From the NCBI GenBank assembly GCA_963701965.1, contig OY969695.1:4608001-4672000 (forward strand): a DNA stretch of 64,000 nt, read 5' to 3'. Below, in pieces: positions 58,508 through 64,000 of the stretch; the stretch's first letter is position 1; every line of letters begins with the position of its first letter. The translations under genes and the position numbers were made by a program. The notes under the pieces are model-generated. The model ran no database searches. It was given only the letters and a program-made list of their open reading frames with translations, and had not been told where the DNA came from. Source of the stretch: an uncultured Gemmatimonadales bacterium. Its GTDB lineage: Bacteria; Gemmatimonadota; Gemmatimonadetes; Gemmatimonadales; Gemmatimonadaceae.

Positions 58508-58775
58508 GGTCCTGGCCTTCCAGGAGCTCACGCTTCTGGTCCGGCACCTGGGTGACGAGCTGGCGGGATTTCGCCGGCGCGCGCTCACGGCCGAGTCGCG
58601 GCTCAAGGCCGTGGAAGCGTCTGGCGCGATCGGCAGCGAGGAGCTCGCCGGTCGAATGGCGCAGCTCGAAGCCGAGAACAAGGATCTGCGCGGCCGCCTC
58701 GACGCGGCGCGCGGCCGGGCGCGGCACATGTTGGAGCGCGTGCGGTTTCTGCGCCAACAGCAGGAAGGGCGATGA
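58485..58775 (+). CDS. Coiled-coil protein, ZapB-like
   Basis: Heptad-rich (LEAENKDLRGRL); lies between pheT and zapA; GGAG SD. Confidence 0.65.
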   Translation: MSDNERSEVLAFQELTLLVRHLGDELAGFRRRALTAESRLKAVEASGAIGSEELAGRMAQLEAENKDLRGRLDAARGRARHMLERVRFLRQQQEGR

Positions 58776-59062
58776 CCAGCAAGAAGAGCGTCGTGCGCGT
58801 GACGATCGTCGGCGAGGAGTACGCGATCCGCAGCGAAACGGATCCCGAGCACACGCGCCGGGTCGCCGAATACGTCGACGCCGCTATTCGGACGGTCATG
58901 CACGGGTCGGTCGTGGAGCTCCAAAAGGCCGCGATTCTGGCGGCGCTGCAGATCACGAACGAGTTATTCGAGGCCAATGCGGCGGCCGCCTCGCTCGCGG
59001 GCGACATCGAAGCGTTGGGGGCGGAAGTCCGGCGCTGGCTGCCGCCGGGCAAGCGCGCGTAA
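58772..59062 (+). CDS. zapA: Cell division protein ZapA
   Basis: V.I.GEEY.I, VA.YVD, AILAAL.I..ELF. Confidence 0.92.
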   Translation: MTSKKSVVRVTIVGEEYAIRSETDPEHTRRVAEYVDAAIRTVMHGSVVELQKAAILAALQITNELFEANAAAASLAGDIEALGAEVRRWLPPGKRA

Positions 59063-59125
59063 GACCGGGTCTGGCTTTCACATAACGCCGCGGCCGCGAG
59101 GTCGCGCTGGAGTATAGATTCGTCT

Positions 59126-60712
59126 ATGGGTTCTCTGGCCATTGTGGTCGCGTTCGCGGCCGTGCTGTGTTTAGCGTGTGGCGTGGCGGTGATGATTGGC
59201 CGCCGGCAGGGACGGACCGCCGAAGAGCAGCGGCTGATCGCGGTGAAGGGCAGCGCCGAGGAGATCCGGACCCGGCTCCTGGCCGAGGCGGAACATCAGG
59301 CCGAGAATCTGCGCAAGAGCGCCGTGGTCAGCGGCAAGGAAGAGCTGATCAAGCTGCGCGAAGCCTGGGAGATCGAGGCCCGGCGCCGGCGGGACGAAGT
59401 CGAGCGGGAGGAGAAGCGCGTGCAGGAGCGCGAGTCGGTCCTCGACCGCAAGTTCGACATTCTCGATCAGCGCGACCGCGAGATCGCCGTGCGGTCGTCC
59501 GATTTTGGGCGGCGGCTCAAGCAGCTCGAGGAGCGCGAGCTGGAGTTGGAACGCCTGTCGGGCGAGGAGCGCCGGCGCCTCGAGGCGATGGCCGGCATGT
59601 CGGCCCAGGACGCGCGCGCCCAGCTCATGCAGCACATGGAGGAGGAAGCGCAGGCCGCCGCGGCCAACCGGTTGCGCGAGATTCGCGAATCGGCGCGGCG
59701 CACCGCGGATCGCGAAGCCCGGAAGATCGTGGCGCTCGCCGTCCAGCGCATCGCCGCGGAACACACGGCCGAGTCGACGGCCTCCGCGGTCGCGCTGCCC
59801 AACGACGAGATGAAAGGCCGGATCATCGGTCGCGAGGGTCGCAACATTCGGGCGTTCGAGCTGGCGACCGGTGTGGACGTCATCATCGACGATACGCCGG
59901 ACACGGTCGTTGTCTCGTGCTTCGACCCCGTCCGCCGCGAAGTCGCCCGGTTGGCCCTGGAGAAGCTCGTCGCCGACGGACGGATCCATCCCGGCCGGAT
60001 CGAGGAAGTCGTGACCAAGTCGCGGACGGAAGTCGAGGCGGCGATCGTCGAGACGGGCGAGGAAGCGGCGTACGAAACCGGCGTGCGCGGACTCCACCCG
60101 GAGCTGATCAAGCTCATCGGGCGCATGCGGTGGCGGACCAGCTACGGCCAGAACATCCTCCAGCACTCGAAGGAAGTCGCGTGGTTGGCGGGCATCATGG
60201 CGGCCGAGCTGGGGCTGGACGTGGCGCTGGCCAAGCGCGGCGCCCTGTTGCACGACGTCGGCAAGGTCCTGACGCACGAACACGAAGGCACCCACGTGCA
60301 GTTGGGTGTCGAGGTGGCGACGAAGTACGGGGAAGGGCCGATGGTCGTGAACTGCATCGCGGCCCACCACGACGACGTCCCGCACGAGAGCGAGGTGTCG
60401 GTCCTCGTGCAGGCGGCGGACGCGATCTCCGGATCGCGCCCGGGCGCCCGGCGCGAAGCCTTCGAGACGTACGTCAAGCGACTGGAGGGGATCGAGCGCA
60501 TCGCGTCCAGCTATCGCGGCGTCGACAAGGTGTTCGCGATCCAGGCCGGGCGCGAAGTGCGCGTGGTGGTCACGCCCGAGGATGTCGACGACGCCCGGAT
60601 GACGACGTTGTCGGAGGAGATCGCCCGCCGGATCGAGGCCGAGCTGCAATACCCGGGGCAGATCAAAGTCGTCGTGATCCGCGAAACCCGGGCGGTCGAC
60701 TTTGCCCGCTGA
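59126..60712 (+). CDS. rny: Ribonuclease Y
   Basis: N-terminal TM, coiled coil, [18 protein letters not shown] domain LLHDVGK, ADAIS..RPGAR. Confidence 0.97.
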   Translation: MGSLAIVVAFAAVLCLACGVAVMIGRRQGRTAEEQRLIAVKGSAEEIRTRLLAEAEHQAENLRKSAVVSGKEELIKLREAWEIEARRRRDEVEREEKRVQERESVLDRKFDILDQRDREIAVRSSDFGRRLKQLEERELELERLSGEERRRLEAMAGMSAQDARAQLMQHMEEEAQAAAANRLREIRESARRTADREARKIVALAVQRIAAEHTAESTASAVALPNDEMKGRIIGREGRNIRAFELATGVDVIIDDTPDTVVVSCFDPVRREVARLALEKLVADGRIHPGRIEEVVTKSRTEVEAAIVETGEEAAYETGVRGLHPELIKLIGRMRWRTSYGQNILQHSKEVAWLAGIMAAELGLDVALAKRGALLHDVGKVLTHEHEGTHVQLGVEVATKYGEGPMVVNCIAAHHDDVPHESEVSVLVQAADAISGSRPGARREAFETYVKRLEGIERIASSYRGVDKVFAIQAGREVRVVVTPEDVDDARMTTLSEEIARRIEAELQYPGQIKVVVIRETRAVDFAR

Positions 60713-61601
60713 GCTGATCGACGGCATCGCCATCTCGCGCCGGATTCGCGAGGAGGTCGCCCGCTCGGCCGCGGAGCTGGTGGCGGCGGGCACGACGCCC
60801 GGCCTCGCCGTGGTGCTGGTCGGAGACGATCCCGCGAGCGCGGTGTACGTGCGGGCCAAGGGGAAGGCGACGGAGGAGGCCGGCATGCACGGCGTGACCA
60901 TTCGGCTGCCGGCCGAGACGACCCAGGCGGAGCTCCTGGCGCACGTGGACCGGCTGAACGCCGACCCGGCGATCCACGGCATCCTCATCCAATCGCCGCT
61001 GCCCAAGCACATCGATTACCAGACGGTCATCTGGCGCATGCGTCCCGAGAAAGACGTCGACGGGTTTCATCCCGTGAACGTCGGCAAACTCCTGATCGGC
61101 GACCGGGACGGATTTGCACCGTGCACGCCGGCGGGGGTCATCGAGCTGTTGCGGCGTTCAGGCGTGGAGACCAAGGGCGCCGAGGCCGTCATCATCGGCC
61201 GGAGCACGATTGTGGGGAAGCCGATGGCGTCCCTGTTGATGCAGGACGCGCCGGGCGGGAATGCGACGGTCACGATCTGCCACAGCAAGACGCGCGACGT
61301 CGCGGCCCACACGCGGCGGGCCGACATCCTGATCGTCGCCGCGGGACGGCCCAAGGTCGTGACGGGAGACATGGTCAAGCCCGGCGCCGTCGTGATAGAC
61401 GTCGGGATCAACCGGGTGGCCGACGCGCGGGCCAAGGCCGGATACGTGCTCGTCGGCGACGTCGACTTTTCTTCGGTCTGCGAAGTGGCCGCGCGCATCA
61501 CGCCCGTGCCCGGTGGCGTGGGTCCAATGACGATCGCCATGTTGCTCCAGAACACCGTCCGCGCCGCGGCGATGGCGTCCCGATCCGGTCGCCCGACGTA
61601 A
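60702..61601 (+). CDS. folD: Methylenetetrahydrofolate dehydrogenase/cyclohydrolase
   Basis: [44 protein letters not shown]. Confidence 0.96.
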   Translation: MPAELIDGIAISRRIREEVARSAAELVAAGTTPGLAVVLVGDDPASAVYVRAKGKATEEAGMHGVTIRLPAETTQAELLAHVDRLNADPAIHGILIQSPLPKHIDYQTVIWRMRPEKDVDGFHPVNVGKLLIGDRDGFAPCTPAGVIELLRRSGVETKGAEAVIIGRSTIVGKPMASLLMQDAPGGNATVTICHSKTRDVAAHTRRADILIVAAGRPKVVTGDMVKPGAVVIDVGINRVADARAKAGYVLVGDVDFSSVCEVAARITPVPGGVGPMTIAMLLQNTVRAAAMASRSGRPT

Positions 61602-61612
61602 CTTTCGGCATC

Positions 61613-62857
61613 ATGAGTCCCCGTCCTCGGTTGGGGTCGCAGGCCGACCTGTTCACTCCTCTCAATAGCGCGGCGTTCGACGCATCGGAGGCCGCGGCGG
61701 CGGCTCTGGCGCCGGTGCCCGGCGCGACGCCGGCGGCCGCCACGTCGGTGTCCGCGTTGACGCGCCTCGTGCGGGATGTGTTGGAGGGGACGTTTCTGCC
61801 GCTCTGGGTGCGCGGCGAGGTGACCGACTTCAAGGCGCATCGGAACGGGCACTGGTATTTCTGTCTGCGCGATGAGTCCTCGCAGGTGCGCTGTGTCGTG
61901 TGGTCGCGCGAGGCGGCGCGTATTCCCACTCCACCCGCCGATGGACAGCAGGTCGCGGTCCGCGGCCAGCTCACCGTGTATCCGGCGCGCGGGGAGATGC
62001 AGTTCGCCGTGAGCGCCGTGGAGGCGCTGGGCAACGGCCCGCGCCGGCGGATTGCCGACCGCACCCTGCGGGCCCTCGATGCCGACGGGTTGCTCGATCC
62101 CGCGCGCAAGCGCCCGCTCCCGCGGTGGCCTCAACGGCTCGCGGTGGTGACCAGTCCGGACGGGGCCGCCATCCGCGACATCGTCGCGGTGGTGCGCCGC
62201 CGGGCGCCGTCGGTCCAGGTCGTGATCGTTCCCGCCCGCGTGCAGGGCGACAACGCGCCGGACGCGCTGTGCGCCGCGCTCGAGGCCATCGGCCGGTGGG
62301 GCGAGGCCGACGTCGTGATCATCGGCCGCGGAGGCGGCGGGAAAGAGGATTTGTTGGCCTTCGACGACGAGCAGGTGGCGCGCGCCGTCGCCGGTTGCCC
62401 GGTGCCGACGATCTCGGCCGTTGGCCACGAGATCGACGTGACGATCTGCGACCTCGTGGCCGACGTCCGCGCGGCGACGCCGTCGGCGGCGGCGGAAGCG
62501 GCAGTGCCGGTCGAGGCCGACCTGCTCGCGGCGCTGCGCGCGCTCGGCGACGAGATCGCGGCGGGCGCCGCGCGGCGACTCCGCCGCGCCCAGAGTGCCT
62601 TCGGTCATGCCTCGCGCGGGCTCAAGCGCGGGACGACTCTCGCGCTCGAGCGGCGCGCGGCGCGCCTCGACACCGTGACCCGGTATGTCCACGCGCTCAG
62701 CCCACTGCGCACACTGGAGCGCGGCTATGCGGTGGCCCGCGAGATCGACGGCGGGCGCGCGTTGACGCGCACCGCCCAGTTTCACCCGGGCGATCCGTTC
62801 GATCTCACGCTGGCCGACGGCGTGGTGCGGGCCCGTGTCGAGGAGGGCGCCCCATGA
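61613..62857 (+). CDS. xseA: Exodeoxyribonuclease VII large subunit
   Basis: WV.GE, GH.YF.L.D, VTS..GAA..D, VQG, RGGG..EDL..F, SAVGHE.D, TPSAAAE, L.RGYA. Confidence 0.95.
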   Translation: MSPRPRLGSQADLFTPLNSAAFDASEAAAAALAPVPGATPAAATSVSALTRLVRDVLEGTFLPLWVRGEVTDFKAHRNGHWYFCLRDESSQVRCVVWSREAARIPTPPADGQQVAVRGQLTVYPARGEMQFAVSAVEALGNGPRRRIADRTLRALDADGLLDPARKRPLPRWPQRLAVVTSPDGAAIRDIVAVVRRRAPSVQVVIVPARVQGDNAPDALCAALEAIGRWGEADVVIIGRGGGGKEDLLAFDDEQVARAVAGCPVPTISAVGHEIDVTICDLVADVRAATPSAAAEAAVPVEADLLAALRALGDEIAAGAARRLRRAQSAFGHASRGLKRGTTLALERRAARLDTVTRYVHALSPLRTLERGYAVAREIDGGRALTRTAQFHPGDPFDLTLADGVVRARVEEGAP

Positions 62858-63078
62858 CCTTCGAGACCGATGTCGCCCGTCTGGAGGCGATCGCGGCCGA
62901 GTTGGACCAGGACGGCGTAACGCTCGACCAGGCGCTGGCGCTGTTCGAGGAGGGCGTCGCCTGTCTCCGGCGCGCCGCCGCGGATCTCACCCGCGCCGAG
63001 GCCCGCGTCGCCCAACTCGTGGAGACCGCGAATGGCGCGTTCGTGGTGAAGCCGTTTCGCCCGGAGCACGGGCCATGA
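62854..63078 (+). CDS. xseB: Exodeoxyribonuclease VII small subunit
   Basis: FE....LE.I...L......L..AL..FEEG......L..AE.RV. Confidence 0.92.
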   Translation: MTFETDVARLEAIAAELDQDGVTLDQALALFEEGVACLRRAAADLTRAEARVAQLVETANGAFVVKPFRPEHGP

Positions 63079-63977
63079 GCAGCATGGCGCTGGACGACGT
63101 CTCGTTCACGGCCGACCGCGCGGCCGTGCAGGGGGCGCTGGCAATGTTTTGCGACCGCTACCTCGACGATCTGCCGGCCGTCGCGGCCGAGGCAATGCGG
63201 TATAGCCTCATGGGTGAGGGAAAGCGGATGCGCGCGATTCTGCTGCTGGCCGCCTACCGGGCCGCGGGCGGTCGCGGCGACGCGACCGGATTGGCCGCCG
63301 CGGTGGAGGTCGTGCACGCGTATTCGCTCGTGCACGACGACCTCCCGTGCATGGATGATGACGACTTGCGCCGGGGCCGCCCCACGGTCCACCGCGTGTA
63401 CGGTGTCGCCGTGGCCACGGCCGCGGGGCTGGCAATGGTGCCGCTCGCCGCGCGCTGCGCCATGGAGGCCGGCCAGGCCTTGCAGTTGCCTGATGTGGTG
63501 TGCGGCACCATTCTTCGAGAGCTGATGCGCGCCGCTGGCGGTGGCGGGATGATCGGGGGCCAGCTCCTCGATCTCGAAGGCGAGACCCGGATGTTGTCGC
63601 TGGAGCAGCTCGAGCGCATCCATCGCGCCAAGACGGGCGCCCTGGTGACGGCGTCGACGCGCATCGGCGGGATCGCGGCGCGCGGGGATGCGCGCGTGGT
63701 CGAGGCCCTGGATCGCTACGGCGCCGCGGTCGGCCTCGCCTTTCAGATCGCCGACAATGTGCTGGGCGTCACGGCGACGACCGACCAGTTGGGCAAGACC
63801 GCCGGGCGGGATCTGGCGTTGCACAAGAGCACCTATCCGGCGCTGCTCGGCGTCGAGGGCGCAGTGGCCAGGGCGAGCGCGCTGGTCGATGATGCCTGCA
63901 GTGCGCTGGAGCGCGAAGGGCTGCTGACACCCGCGCTCGAGCATCTGGCCCGGTTCACCGTGAGCCGCCGCTCGTGA
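63075..63977 (+). CDS. ispA: Polyprenyl (farnesyl) diphosphate synthase
   Basis: GKR.R, first Asp-rich motif HDDLPCMDDDDLRRG.PT.H, GQ..D, KTGAL, GK..G.D....K.TYP. Second motif reads QIADNVLG. Confidence 0.93.
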   Translation: MSSMALDDVSFTADRAAVQGALAMFCDRYLDDLPAVAAEAMRYSLMGEGKRMRAILLLAAYRAAGGRGDATGLAAAVEVVHAYSLVHDDLPCMDDDDLRRGRPTVHRVYGVAVATAAGLAMVPLAARCAMEAGQALQLPDVVCGTILRELMRAAGGGGMIGGQLLDLEGETRMLSLEQLERIHRAKTGALVTASTRIGGIAARGDARVVEALDRYGAAVGLAFQIADNVLGVTATTDQLGKTAGRDLALHKSTYPALLGVEGAVARASALVDDACSALEREGLLTPALEHLARFTVSRRS

Positions 63978-64000
63978 CCTCTCTCTGTCGAGATTTCGCA

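Noticed and set aside
20182..62785. Long antisense or alternate-frame ORFs (e.g. 20182-22641, 30907-32709, 39223-41268, 41265-43061, 59171-61012, 61067-62785)
   Set aside because: They are shadows of real genes in high-GC DNA, with no recognisable motifs.
63974..64000. Start of a following gene (dxs often follows xseB-ispA)
   Set aside because: Only 27 nt are visible, too little to support a call.
1..64000. CRISPR arrays, prophage, toxin-antitoxin or defence genes, rRNA
   Set aside because: No spaced direct-repeat arrays or recognisable hallmark proteins were seen, and nearly all sequence is accounted for by the listed genes.

Overview
High-GC (roughly 70% by eye) bacterial chromosome segment. 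Gene order and protein style suggest Gemmatimonadota, which is an inference and not a database result. 1-2.6 kb: rarA (5'-truncated) and hflX. 2.6-22.5 kb: a Wzx/Wzy-type surface polysaccharide locus with frequent strand switching (wecB, priming glycosyltransferase, lhgO, rmlC, SDR epimerase, rmlD, GT4/GT9 enzymes, FkbM methyltransferase, flippase, secreted GH5, Wzy/ligase-like protein, Wzz-like protein, SLBB export protein). 22.5-25.3 kb: tRNA-Val(CAC) and tRNA-Ile2(CAT) flank an OFA-family MFS transporter with a small partner peptide and a SAM methyltransferase. 25.3-64 kb: mostly housekeeping genes (hldA/rfaE1, mlaEFD, obgE, dprA, hemW-hrcA-dnaJ-prmA-rsmE-hit, rpsU-yqeY-mutS2-dnaG, recJ-rsmD-coaD-pta, an orphan partner-switching triad, rsmA, rex, infC-rpmI-rplT, pheST, zapA, rny, folD, xseAB, ispA). 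No integrase, transposase, CRISPR array or defence system was recognised, and no clearly novel multi-gene system stands out. Best leads: pervasive leaderless-type gene starts, an L20-leader-like attenuator before infC, a Rex operator over rex next to an unknown small protein, a tRNA-mRNA abutment, recurrent non-canonical starts, and a recurrent C[G>A]ATG substitution at conserved Asp codons that may betray a methylated motif. Several 1-nt frameshifts, including one in essential pheT, point to long-read sequencing errors.
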